This document shows positions 44,311 through 52,580 of a stretch of 64,000 nt of DNA, one piece after another (position 1 is the first letter of the stretch; the number at the start of each line of letters is the position of its first letter). Below the pieces are notes generated by a model. It saw only the letters and a list, made by a program, of their open reading frames with translations. It ran no database searches and was not told the DNA's origin. The position numbers and the translations under genes were made by a program. Origin of the DNA: a virus (Duplodnaviria; Caudoviricetes); the IMG/VR virus record IMGVR_UViG_3300027276_000193, positions 3,323 through 67,322 of that record; one strand, written 5' to 3'.

Positions 44311-44812
44311 GCTGAGGGCTCTTGAATCGGGAGCCTTCACCCGGAGCCACAGGCTTCCAAATCAAAAGGAGGTACATCCCATGAAAAGCACACCCGAAAC
44401 CCGGAAGGCAATCAGCGCCATCGTCGACACTGCCCGCATCAAGGACACCGGCTACCAAATCTACATCAACGAGTACGACGACGATTTCTACATCAGCATT
44501 CGACAGCCCAGAGACACCGACAAGGTGGCCTACCCGGAAATCTTCTGCAAGGATAACTGGTTCGGTGAGAAGGCTCTCGGCTTTGAAATCGCCACCACCG
44601 GATACGGTGACCATAGCATCGCACAGGCACAGAGAGCGGTTGCAGGCTTGCAAATCGCCATCGACTTGGTGGAGGCGCTCCTCACCACCGCAGAGCTTTA
44701 CGGGCTGAAGATTCGCCGCTGACACACAGCACCGCCGGGCAGGCGGTTCCGGTTGAGGGCTCCTGAATCAAGGAGCCTTCACCTGGAGCCACATGCTCTG
44801 AAATCGAAAGGA
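44311..44812 (+). repeat. Two ~60-bp direct repeats (hairpin + motif + RBS) flanking the 113-aa ORF
   Basis: GAGGGCTCTTGAATCGGGAGCCTTCACCCGGAGCCACAGGCTTCCAAATC (~44314) vs GAGGGCTCCTGAATCAAGGAGCCTTCACCTGGAGCCACATGCTCTGAAATC (~44755). Confidence 0.8.
44381..44722 (+). CDS. Hypothetical protein (113 aa)
   Basis: ATG after AAAAGGAGG and motif leader. Confidence 0.75.
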   Translation: MKSTPETRKAISAIVDTARIKDTGYQIYINEYDDDFYISIRQPRDTDKVAYPEIFCKDNWFGEKALGFEIATTGYGDHSIAQAQRAVAGLQIAIDLVEALLTTAELYGLKIRR

Positions 44813-44822
44813 GGCACACCCA

Positions 44823-45050
44823 ATGACCCATGCGGAGATGATTCGGGAATACACCCGGAGCTACAAGAACATGCTGAGTACCAGCGCTGAAAAGCGTCTG
44901 GCGCAGCTGGAGGCTGAGGCGGCAAAGGAAGGCCTGCGCTTTCAAATGATCAACGAACGCCAGTGGATGCTCCCACACTTCATAGGCGACCCGCATTTCG
45001 AACTGATCGCTTTGGAATCGGAAGGAGGCACAGAGAATGCGATTCATTGA
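44823..45050 (+). CDS. Hypothetical protein (75 aa)
   Basis: ATG after AAAGGAGG and motif leader. Confidence 0.7.
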   Translation: MTHAEMIREYTRSYKNMLSTSAEKRLAQLEAEAAKEGLRFQMINERQWMLPHFIGDPHFELIALESEGGTENAIH

Positions 45051-45270
45051 CCTGAATGATGATAAGGTTTACACCCTGCAAGACCTGCACCACGATTGGG
45101 CACAGTTCCGGCAGGAAAACCCGGAGAACCACGCGGAGAGCTTCCGAATTGAGTTCTTCGAAATCCTGATGGCGACCATCAACGGACGGAACGATCTGGA
45201 AATCCTCGGCATGACACACCGGGAAATCAGCAGCTTGACCCTTCGCCTGCGGGCACAGCTTTTGAATTAA
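45037..45270 (+). CDS. Hypothetical protein (77 aa)
   Basis: ATG after GGAGG, overlaps upstream ORF. Confidence 0.7.
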   Translation: MRFIDLNDDKVYTLQDLHHDWAQFRQENPENHAESFRIEFFEILMATINGRNDLEILGMTHREISSLTLRLRAQLLN

Positions 45271-45295
45271 GCTGGGCTGTAGGCACACAAACCCG

Positions 45296-45326
45296 TTGAC
45301 TTTCCCACCGGACAGAGTGAGTAATG
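45296..45326 (+). promoter_or_regulatory. Shared promoter motif
   Basis: TTGACTTT-cccaccggac-AGAGTGAGTAATG. Confidence 0.75.
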
Positions 45327-45370
45327 GACCGCCCGGCAGGGCTTTCAAATCAAGAAGGAGGCATTGCATC

Positions 45371-45556
45371 ATGACCACTTATCAGGTATTCTGCAAAGGA
45401 ACAGCCCGCAGGTGGCTTCCGTACAGCGGAGAGTTCTGGACACTTCAGGAGGCACAGAAGTGCATGGAGTACGTGATTGGCCTTGGAAACTACAGCATCA
45501 CCGGCGCGCCGATCAGCTACAAGATTGTCAAGCACACCCGGCAGGATGTCGCCTGA
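45371..45556 (+). CDS. Small hypothetical protein (61 aa)
   Basis: ATG after AAGGAGG and motif leader. Confidence 0.65.
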   Translation: MTTYQVFCKGTARRWLPYSGEFWTLQEAQKCMEYVIGLGNYSITGAPISYKIVKHTRQDVA

Positions 45557-45590
45557 CACAGCTTTCAAATCGACAAGGAGGATAACCGCA

Positions 45591-46034
45591 ATGAAATACA
45601 TCGCTTACGGAAGCAACATGGTTCAGGAACAGATGGCAGTCCGCTGCCCGGATGCCAGGCTCATCGGCACCGGGTACATCGCCGGAGCCCGGCTGGAGTT
45701 TTACCTCCACGCCACCGTCAAAAAGACAGGCGACCAGCGCAACCGGGTGCCCGTAGCCGTCTGGGAAATCAACGACCGCGATGAACGGAGCCTTGACCGC
45801 TACGAAGGATACCCCAGCTACTACATCAAGGAGCGCTGGCCCGTGCACATGTCGGACGGCTCTCAAATCGAAGGCATGATTTACATCATGAAGATGATTC
45901 GACAGTCGCCGCCCCATAGCGCCTACTACAAGGGCATCGAAGATGCCTACCGGAAGCTCGGCCTGCGCTCTCAAATCAACACCATCCTGAAGCCCGCGCT
46001 GGAGAGGAGCCTGCAGCGGGGCACGCACTGGTAA
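45591..46034 (+). CDS. Gamma-glutamylcyclotransferase (GGCT/AIG2-like) family protein
   Basis: MKYIAYGSNM...QMAVRCPDA...VPVAVWEI...LDRYEGYPSYY. Confidence 0.9.
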   Translation: MKYIAYGSNMVQEQMAVRCPDARLIGTGYIAGARLEFYLHATVKKTGDQRNRVPVAVWEINDRDERSLDRYEGYPSYYIKERWPVHMSDGSQIEGMIYIMKMIRQSPPHSAYYKGIEDAYRKLGLRSQINTILKPALERSLQRGTHW

Positions 46035-46287
46035 GACAACACCTGGAAAATACCTGCCGCAGGGACACACGAATACAGCCGCTTTCCAATTCGGAAGGCA
46101 GCTTTCATCGTCTCTGGACGGCTTCCAAATCCGCGCCGTGTTTGGCCCACGTTCGCGCCGTTTCGCACGGTCGGGTTCTTCCTCGGCCCTCGCCCCAAAA
46201 CCCGCGACAGGGGCAAACGTAGCGGCTACGCGGGCAAAAGGAAAAGCGGCCAGCGCTTGGCTGAACCGCTTTCAAATCTGCAGGGGT

Positions 46288-46809
46288 TTACTTCGCTTTG
46301 GTCAGGTGGTCTGCGGCAACCTCCACCGCGTCATTGTTCTCCCGGAACCGGATCACGATCTCACCGTCGGCCACCGTGTACAGCGCCTGGAAAGGTTCCT
46401 CCCAGATCTGTGTCAGGCCGGGACATTCCTTCATCGCCGTGATCCGCAGGGCTTTGAAATCTGTGCCCGCCTTCCACTGCTGGAAGATCCGGATCAGGCG
46501 CGGCACATGCTCGGCCTTGATGGTCTTCAGCGCTTCTTCGCCGGGCACCGCTTTGAAATCCGCTGTGGCTTCACCCTCTCTGAACTGTGCCCAACACTCC
46601 AGCGGGAGCGGGTTCCGCATGAAGTCCAGCATCGCTTCCGCTGTGCCGCAGTCGTCGCACACGTAGATGCCGTCGGCATGTCGGCTCAGCGCGTTGGTGT
46701 ACAGATCAGGCTTCATAGTGTCCCGTCCGCAACGCGGGCAGGGCATCTTTTCTCCGGCTTCCTGCCGGGCTTTCAAATCCAGCAGGGCTTCCTGAATGTT
46801 CTTACTCAT
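46288..46809 (-). CDS. Zinc-finger hypothetical protein (as often found N-terminal to DUF4314)
   Basis: CPRCGRDTMKPDLYTNALSRHADGIYVCDDCGTAEA. Confidence 0.7.
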   Translation of the reverse strand: MSKNIQEALLDLKARQEAGEKMPCPRCGRDTMKPDLYTNALSRHADGIYVCDDCGTAEAMLDFMRNPLPLECWAQFREGEATADFKAVPGEEALKTIKAEHVPRLIRIFQQWKAGTDFKALRITAMKECPGLTQIWEEPFQALYTVADGEIVIRFRENNDAVEVAADHLTKAK

Positions 46810-47707
46810 TGTCCGTCGCCTCCTCAACCATGACCTCCAGCACCGCCGCTTCCTGCTCGGCCAGCCTGCGCTCCCGCCGGATGGCGGTGTACTTTTCCTT
46901 GTGGGCCTGCATCTTGTCGCCGCTTCCGAAGGCACAGTAGCCTTTCAGGTGGCCCAGCAGGATTTTCCGCTCGGCTTTGAAATCCGCGCCGTGGTATCCC
47001 AGCCGCTGGAGCCAGACGTGCGCGAGGTACTTCTCGTTCTGGTCGTCCGGTTCCACCCGGTCCGGGAATACCCGTATGGCCTTCATCGCCGCGTCGTAAA
47101 TCCGATTCAGCAGGTTGGCGTAGGTTGTCCAGCGCTCCGGCTGTGTCTCGTCAAAGGGAAACGTCATGCTGACCTTTCCGTCCCGGAAATCAAATCCGGT
47201 CAGTTCGGCCACCGCTCTGGAATCGTCCAGCAGGCTGGTGAGATCCTCCAGGGTTTCCGGTGTGCTTTCCTGCAGCCTGTCGATCAGGATGTCAGGAATG
47301 TTCAGGCAGTCGCTGTCGGTCATGCGGTTGATCAGGGTCTGGCGGCTGTGCAGCATGAAGATCAGGTTCTTCAGCTGTGCCACCGCAGCGTTCCGCGCCG
47401 GAATCGAAATGTCCATCTGGGTGATGGGCTCCGCTTTTGAATCGGCATGCACTTCCTCGTCCGGCTGTGCTTCGGTGACGGCTTCCTGATCGGCGGCGGG
47501 TTCGTCGTTGACGTATCCGTTCCTCCGCAGGAAATCCTGCAGGGCGGTAAAATCCTCGCCGATGATGTTTCCGTCCCGGTCGACGGTGAAGTCGCCGATC
47601 TGGTAGCCGTAGGTCGGTGCCCGCAGGTAGGTAGACGTTGTGCCGAGCTCCTCGGCGATGGCTTTGACCAGTGCTTTCCGGTCGGTCGTGTTGGTGGTAA
47701 TGGTCAT
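46802..47707 (-). CDS. Phage 'virulence-related' family protein of unknown function
   Basis: RKALVKAIAEELG...YLRAPTYGYQIGDFTVDRDG N-terminus; NEKYLAHVWLQRLGYHGADFKAERKILL C-terminus. Confidence 0.75.
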   Translation of the reverse strand: MTITTNTTDRKALVKAIAEELGTTSTYLRAPTYGYQIGDFTVDRDGNIIGEDFTALQDFLRRNGYVNDEPAADQEAVTEAQPDEEVHADSKAEPITQMDISIPARNAAVAQLKNLIFMLHSRQTLINRMTDSDCLNIPDILIDRLQESTPETLEDLTSLLDDSRAVAELTGFDFRDGKVSMTFPFDETQPERWTTYANLLNRIYDAAMKAIRVFPDRVEPDDQNEKYLAHVWLQRLGYHGADFKAERKILLGHLKGYCAFGSGDKMQAHKEKYTAIRRERRLAEQEAAVLEVMVEEATDNE

Positions 47708-47738
47708 GGTGGAAAACCTCCTTTGTTTTTTTGCATGC

Positions 47739-47769
47739 CATTACTCACTCTGAACGGCCATAAAGTCAA
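47739..47769 (-). promoter_or_regulatory. Shared promoter motif
   Basis: Minus strand TTGACTTT-atggccgttc-AGAGTGAGTAATG. Confidence 0.75.
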
Positions 47770-48035
47770 CGGCCTGTGGGCACACAATGCAAATAAAGTT
47801 TTCACGCGGGGATTTTCCTCCCGGCGGCGCTCCTGAATCTGTCGTAGTCCCGCAGTTCACGGCGGTGGATGGGATCAACTGTTTACAAATCATGCTTGAC
47901 CTGCTGAATTGTCTGAATAATGTGCTCCCGTTGATTCATGTTTTTTAGCCTCTTACATGTTACAATCTTCATCTGGATTAACGAAAGATCGTGTGCTATA
48001 CTTGCGTTGCCGGAAACGGCGAGGAGGTAGTAGGC

Positions 48036-48926
48036 ATGAAGGATAAACATGTATTGGCTTTCATGAGGGTTTTCTCGATTCTTGTTCTATTTGCTGTTTT
48101 TTTCAGCAGTTCATTAGCCGAAAGCAACGGTACTCAGATCGTCCATGTTCCCTTTGTTGATGTACCTATTCTTGAAACGCACAGAACGAGCTTCCCTAAA
48201 GATAAAAGATATGCAGTTTACTCTGGCCCTAGTGAAGACTATGTGCGTGCCGCAAATGGAAAAGCTGCCGTTTCAACGAATGATGCTATCCAGGCTTTTG
48301 CCAGTGAAAATGGATGGATCATGATTCAATATGCGATTGATCATGATCATCATCGTATTGGTTGGATTAAAGAAAATGCCAATCGATTCGCACCTTCAAT
48401 CAGCGAACTTCCTCCTTGTTCCCAATCTGCAACGCTGAAAGCAGGCTCAGTCATTACTGATGATCCGCTTTTTTCCCAAAGTCCACTCATGTCCTTTGAT
48501 ATGGAATTGAACGTGTATGTGCTTGGCCAAATAAACGATTGGATTTATATCGAAAGCGATTCTGGGGATTTGGTTCGTGGCTTTGTTCACAAAGATCAGT
48601 TGACTCCCGGTAACGTGTTCTACTTCTCTGATTGGTTACACGACTCATCCGCTTGGAATGGATATTTAGTCCTTGATCAGGACAACATCGCTTTTGAATC
48701 TGAACAGCTAATCGAATTGAATGGAATATCAGTGCCTCTTGCATCAATAGACATTTATGACAATTTATCAAATCAATTGTTATTAACTGTTTCCGAGAAA
48801 AATGAATTACTGCATTTTGAAGGTTCCGGTTATTTGCCGCCAGAAACCTCATCACTACGTATCGTACTATTTGATACAAATATGAATGAGGTTAAACTTG
48901 ATGAGGATTTCGTAATCGAGTGGTAA
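48036..48926 (+). CDS. Secreted protein with signal peptide and tandem SH3-like domains
   Basis: MKDKHVLAFMRVFSILVLFAVFFSSSLA signal; VYSGPSEDY...NGWIMIQY...RIGWIK and VLGQINDWIYIE...RGFVHK. Confidence 0.7.
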   Translation: MKDKHVLAFMRVFSILVLFAVFFSSSLAESNGTQIVHVPFVDVPILETHRTSFPKDKRYAVYSGPSEDYVRAANGKAAVSTNDAIQAFASENGWIMIQYAIDHDHHRIGWIKENANRFAPSISELPPCSQSATLKAGSVITDDPLFSQSPLMSFDMELNVYVLGQINDWIYIESDSGDLVRGFVHKDQLTPGNVFYFSDWLHDSSAWNGYLVLDQDNIAFESEQLIELNGISVPLASIDIYDNLSNQLLLTVSEKNELLHFEGSGYLPPETSSLRIVLFDTNMNEVKLDEDFVIEW

Positions 48927-48936
48927 ATTTTGATGG

Positions 48937-48966
48937 AGAGGAGGGTGGTTTGTTCCACCCTCCTCT
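48937..48966. terminator. Bidirectional terminator between convergent SH3 and hydrolase genes
   Basis: AGAGGAGGGTGG/CCACCCTCCTCT 12-bp stem. Confidence 0.8.
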
Positions 48967-48973
48967 TTTCTCA

Positions 48974-49690
48974 TTAGTGATTAATGTACTTCGACCAGCC
49001 CCAGTACTTCCACTTGTTATTCATTCCCGTGAGATTGGGGCCAGAATCCTCGGAATCACCATTGTTATACATAGCATCGATCGTATTATGCGAGCTGCAG
49101 GATTGATAGACAGCATGTTGATACTTCCCGTTGATCGTCTGCATGCCAGCATAAACGCCCATATGACCCTTTTTAGTAGAATCCTTTGTATCCTGTTGGA
49201 AAATCTCCATGCCTACCTGAAGAGCGTTATACCCGCCAAGAGATGCAATCGTACCCTTTTCGGACAAGTAGCTATTGTATTCCGTTGTGCATCCTTTACC
49301 ACCCTGCTTATTGCGTGCAAGATAAGGATAGTTCGCACAATCAACGATTTTCTTGGTTTCATTATAGCCACTGCTACAATACTTCCATCCATCGTTACAA
49401 TAGCTTTTGAGGTTGCTGATATACTGATCCACGGTCAGATTTCCGCTGGAAGTACCGGGATTAGTGTTGCCACCAGTACTGCCTCCGCTGGGCTGTGTGG
49501 CATCAAGATACTTGGACATGATGTAGCCAGTATAGCCATTATAGGTTGCGTTATGCCAACCAGTCGTAGAGGAAGGGGATGCTTCTACTGCCTTACCATA
49601 CGGCACACGCACTAAAACGGTGCCACCAGGCTTTTTACGCAGATTAACAGTTTCGTTCGTTGGAATGTTGCAAACATACATAGTCGCCAT
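48974..49690 (-). CDS. SH3 + NlpC/P60-like peptidoglycan hydrolase, no signal peptide
   Basis: VNLRKKPGG...GWHNATYNGYTGYIMSKYL; linker; VDCANYPY...GHMGVYAG catalytic Cys/His. Confidence 0.75.
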   Translation of the reverse strand: MATMYVCNIPTNETVNLRKKPGGTVLVRVPYGKAVEASPSSTTGWHNATYNGYTGYIMSKYLDATQPSGGSTGGNTNPGTSSGNLTVDQYISNLKSYCNDGWKYCSSGYNETKKIVDCANYPYLARNKQGGKGCTTEYNSYLSEKGTIASLGGYNALQVGMEIFQQDTKDSTKKGHMGVYAGMQTINGKYQHAVYQSCSSHNTIDAMYNNGDSEDSGPNLTGMNNKWKYWGWSKYINH

Positions 49691-49754
49691 TATTTTTCTC
49701 TCCTTTGAATGAAGTTTTTGATTGATGGAGGCTTTTCCATCGCTTTGTAGGTTC

Positions 49755-49936
49755 TGTGCTTTATCGCTGGCCAGCTTTTGCACGTGATAGACAGAAAGGA
49801 TAGAGAAGCGCCCCACAGATTCATCACCCGTGAGGCGTTCTCTATCCTTTCCTGTCGAGTGTATCATATCATAAAGGGCCTACTGGAATCTACTGGAATT
49901 CACTGGAATCAACTGGAATCAACTACCCAATTTCGG
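49755..49936 (-). repeat. 182-bp direct repeat copy A (putative late promoter: 4x10-bp repeats, TATGAT, long hairpin)
   Basis: About 12 mismatches versus 53685-53866 by manual alignment. Confidence 0.9.
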
Positions 49937-50069
49937 AACAACAATTCTCCAGTTCACGCTCCATCCTGTGGATATGCTTCTGCAGGTCACAGCGGAGTAT
50001 AACTCCCGCAGTCTTCAGGTCGGCCTTGACCTGCCGGATTTTCTGTACAAGCACGTCCCGATTGGCCAT
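49923..50069 (-). CDS. Small hypothetical protein (48 aa)
   Basis: MANRDVLVQKIRQVKADLKTAGVILRCDLQKHIHRMERELENCCSEIG after AGGAAG; below ORF-track cutoff. Confidence 0.5.
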   Translation of the reverse strand: MANRDVLVQKIRQVKADLKTAGVILRCDLQKHIHRMERELENCCSEIG

Positions 50070-50110
50070 ATTAACACTTCCTAAATGTTTCATTCTTCAT
50101 ATAGATTAAC

Positions 50111-51941
50111 TAATACTTCCCCAATTCCCTGTACTATAGGATCGGCCTAAAACTCCCCGTTTTCGAACATTTCTGGCCACAATCCAATAAAATCGCTCCG
50201 GATCTTTCTGGATTTGCTTTCAAACGGGTCCTCTCCAGCCAGGAAGGGAGCCGTTTTCATTGCAAAAAAGTTCTAAAAATCCCTTGCATATAGTACTGTT
50301 ATGTGATATACTGTACTATATATTGAGGGGGGGTGTTTTAGGTGGCAGTACCAGAATCCATCCGGAAGGTTCCTCGTCCTGTCAACACCATCGTCCAGGA
50401 TAATGGAAAGGACGGTCCCAACCGCTATCCTGTCCGTGAGCGCATCAGCGTCACGTATGTTTCCGGTGGCAATTCACAGCCCAAGAACGGAAAAGTCATC
50501 GGCCATATTGTGGATGGCATGTACGTTCCGCTCGGCGTTGCCGCCGTCAAAGCAGAGCCAGATATGTTGTCCTACGGGGCCAGTGCATTTGTCAGATCCG
50601 TTTCCAGAGATCTGTTTACGGAACTGCTTGGCGTTTATACACCCAAGGATGCCTATACCATCATGGCCATTGCCTCCCTTCGGGTCATCAAGCCGGAAGT
50701 ATCTGCAAAGCGTCTTGCGACACAATACCAGCAAACGTTCGTCAGCAAGTTCTATCCGGGAATCGGCCTCTCCGAGAACACAGTCAGCGCTTTCCTTCAG
50801 GGAATCGGCCGTGACGGAAACCGCCGGTTGGCGTTTTACCATAAGCGAGCGGCGTCTGTCGCTGCGGACCACCATGTGGCAATTGACGGAATGCTCAAGC
50901 AGGATAACAGCATTGTCAACGATCTGTCAGCTTTCTCCTACAAGGCAAGAACCAAGGGATGCCGGGAGGTATCAATTCTCTATGCATATGACATTGAGGA
51001 GATGGAACCGATCTGTGCGGAGGTATTCCCTGGGAACAGCATTGATGCGACATCCTACAAATCCTTTATTCGGGATAATGATATCCGGAAAGGAATCATT
51101 GTTGCAGACAAGGGTTTTCCGCCATCTCAGATCAGCGACGAACTTGCGGAACGTCCCGAGTTGCATTTCCTTACCCCTATCAAGAGAAACGACTCCCGAA
51201 TCACGAATAACAACATGCTGGCCTTCGAAGGCGTTCTGTCCGGTATTGGAGACCATGTCCTGTGCAAGAAGAAAGAGATCAAGGGCGGTCGATTCCTCTA
51301 TGCATACCGATCTGCGCATAAGTCAGCAATGGAAGAAGCATCTTTTCTTGCCCGGCGCGAGGACAAGAACGACTACAATCCGGCAATCTACGAGAAGAAA
51401 CGAGAAGTATTCGGCGTCATCGTCTTCGAGTCGGATCAGGACCTCGATCCCAGGACCGCTTACCTCTGTTATGACGATCGGTGGCTGCTGGAACTGGTCT
51501 TCAATCGGTACAAGAACGATGAATGCCTGGACAGAACCAATGTGCAGGGTGACTTTTCCGTCATTGGAAGTGAGTTCATTAACTTCATTTCCACGGTCAT
51601 TACCTGCCGCCTAATCCGGAAGGCCCGGGAAGCCGAGCTGCTCAAACTCATGTCTTACGGGGATCTCATGGATGATCTGAATTCTGCATGGCGGAAGGTG
51701 GATGCGCCGGAAGAACCGGCGACCAATGACAACGGCTGGGTCCACACTAACGTTGGTGTTTTCGAAGAACTGGAAGCACTGGGACTCTCCAAACCGATTC
51801 CGAAACCCGAACCGAAAAAGCGTGGTCGGAAAAAGAAGGAATCTGTAGTCAACAAACCGAAAAGACCCAGAGGAAGGCCAAGAAAGAACCCTGTAAACGC
51901 TATCGACAAGCTGCTATAGTACAGCGATTTGGGATTTCGTT
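50111..51941 (+). mobile_element. Insertion sequence (IS1634/IS4-like)
   Basis: Inverted repeats CCCAATTCCCTGTACTATAG (50120-50139) and CTATAGTACAGCGATTTGGG (51914-51933), 18/20 match; candidate target duplication ATTAAC at 50105-50110 and 51942-51947. Confidence 0.75.
50342..51919 (+). CDS. DDE transposase
   Basis: VAIDG, VADKGF, YDDRWLLELVFNRYKN; AT-hook-like KRPRGRPRK tail. Confidence 0.88.
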   Translation: MAVPESIRKVPRPVNTIVQDNGKDGPNRYPVRERISVTYVSGGNSQPKNGKVIGHIVDGMYVPLGVAAVKAEPDMLSYGASAFVRSVSRDLFTELLGVYTPKDAYTIMAIASLRVIKPEVSAKRLATQYQQTFVSKFYPGIGLSENTVSAFLQGIGRDGNRRLAFYHKRAASVAADHHVAIDGMLKQDNSIVNDLSAFSYKARTKGCREVSILYAYDIEEMEPICAEVFPGNSIDATSYKSFIRDNDIRKGIIVADKGFPPSQISDELAERPELHFLTPIKRNDSRITNNNMLAFEGVLSGIGDHVLCKKKEIKGGRFLYAYRSAHKSAMEEASFLARREDKNDYNPAIYEKKREVFGVIVFESDQDLDPRTAYLCYDDRWLLELVFNRYKNDECLDRTNVQGDFSVIGSEFINFISTVITCRLIRKAREAELLKLMSYGDLMDDLNSAWRKVDAPEEPATNDNGWVHTNVGVFEELEALGLSKPIPKPEPKKRGRKKKESVVNKPKRPRGRPRKNPVNAIDKLL

Positions 51942-52022
51942 AATTAACTGAGAACCTTATGGTATACTTGCTTTGGCAGGCTAAACATTATGATAGAATG
52001 CCTGTGTAGGAGGAACATTTAG

Positions 52023-52562
52023 ATGGCAATCAAACCTATCCCGTTAATCATTTTATTGGTCGTGTGTTGTCTTGCTGTTTCAGCTTTGGCAACAACGAAT
52101 AAAAATCTGGATTCTTCTGGATACCATGGTGATCAAATTGGGAATAATATTATTCAAGCTTCATCTGAAGATAGCGTTTATATAATTTGCGATAAGCTGT
52201 ATTTACACCAAGAACCTGTTGAGAAATCCGCTTGTTTAAGGCTGTTGACTTACGGTGAGGAGGCTCAACTGATTTCTGCCTCTGATGGTTGGCTTCAAGT
52301 AAACTATGTGTTCATGAACGATAATGAAGTTCAATCCGTTTCCGGGTGGCTTGATTCAGATTACTGTGTATGTGCAGCTGCCTATTATATTGCAATGCAT
52401 CCCACACAGATCCGGATAGCGCCTAAAGCAGATGCATCTCTCATTTGCTATATTGATACATATGATAGCTTAAGAGTTTTATACGAAATAAACGATTATT
52501 ATTGTGTAAGCATCAATGGTGCTGTCGGTTTCGTTGAAAAAGAGAGCGGGCAGGAAGATTAA
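52023..52562 (+). CDS. Secreted protein with signal peptide and two SH3b-like domains
   Basis: MAIKPIPLIILLVVCCLAVSALA signal; LYLHQEP...DGWLQVNY...SGWLDSDY and IRIAPKAD...NDYYCVSINGAVGFVEK. Confidence 0.75.
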   Translation: MAIKPIPLIILLVVCCLAVSALATTNKNLDSSGYHGDQIGNNIIQASSEDSVYIICDKLYLHQEPVEKSACLRLLTYGEEAQLISASDGWLQVNYVFMNDNEVQSVSGWLDSDYCVCAAAYYIAMHPTQIRIAPKADASLICYIDTYDSLRVLYEINDYYCVSINGAVGFVEKESGQED

Positions 52563-52580
52563 CTTCCTGCCCACATCATC

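Larger units (their letters stand above)
43764..46984 (+). repeat. Polar array of 11-bp motif GCT(T/C)(T/C/G)(C/G)AAATC
   Basis: Copies at 43764, 43935, 43983, 44025, 44353, 44580, 44646, 44795, 45341, 45561, 45859, 45967, 46121, 46268, 46451, 46550, 46769, 46974, all on + strand. Confidence 0.85.

Noticed and set aside
44311-44812. Hairpin direct repeats as CRISPR or integron attC sites
   Set aside because: Only two copies about 440 bp apart with a whole ORF between them; no integron integrase (tyrosine recombinase) in the window
46130-46240. Imperfect long inverted repeat, with weak similarity to 10785-10815, as a single-strand origin or oriT
   Set aside because: Arms match poorly, there is no relaxase, and it may simply terminate the convergent transcripts
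46802-47707. Reading the 'virulence-related' family label as a virulence factor
   Set aside because: The label is a legacy annotation; nothing in the sequence supports toxin or secretion function
49878-49925. Short tandem repeats (also at ~53808-53855) as a CRISPR array
   Set aside because: 10-bp head-to-tail units with no spacers and no cas genes
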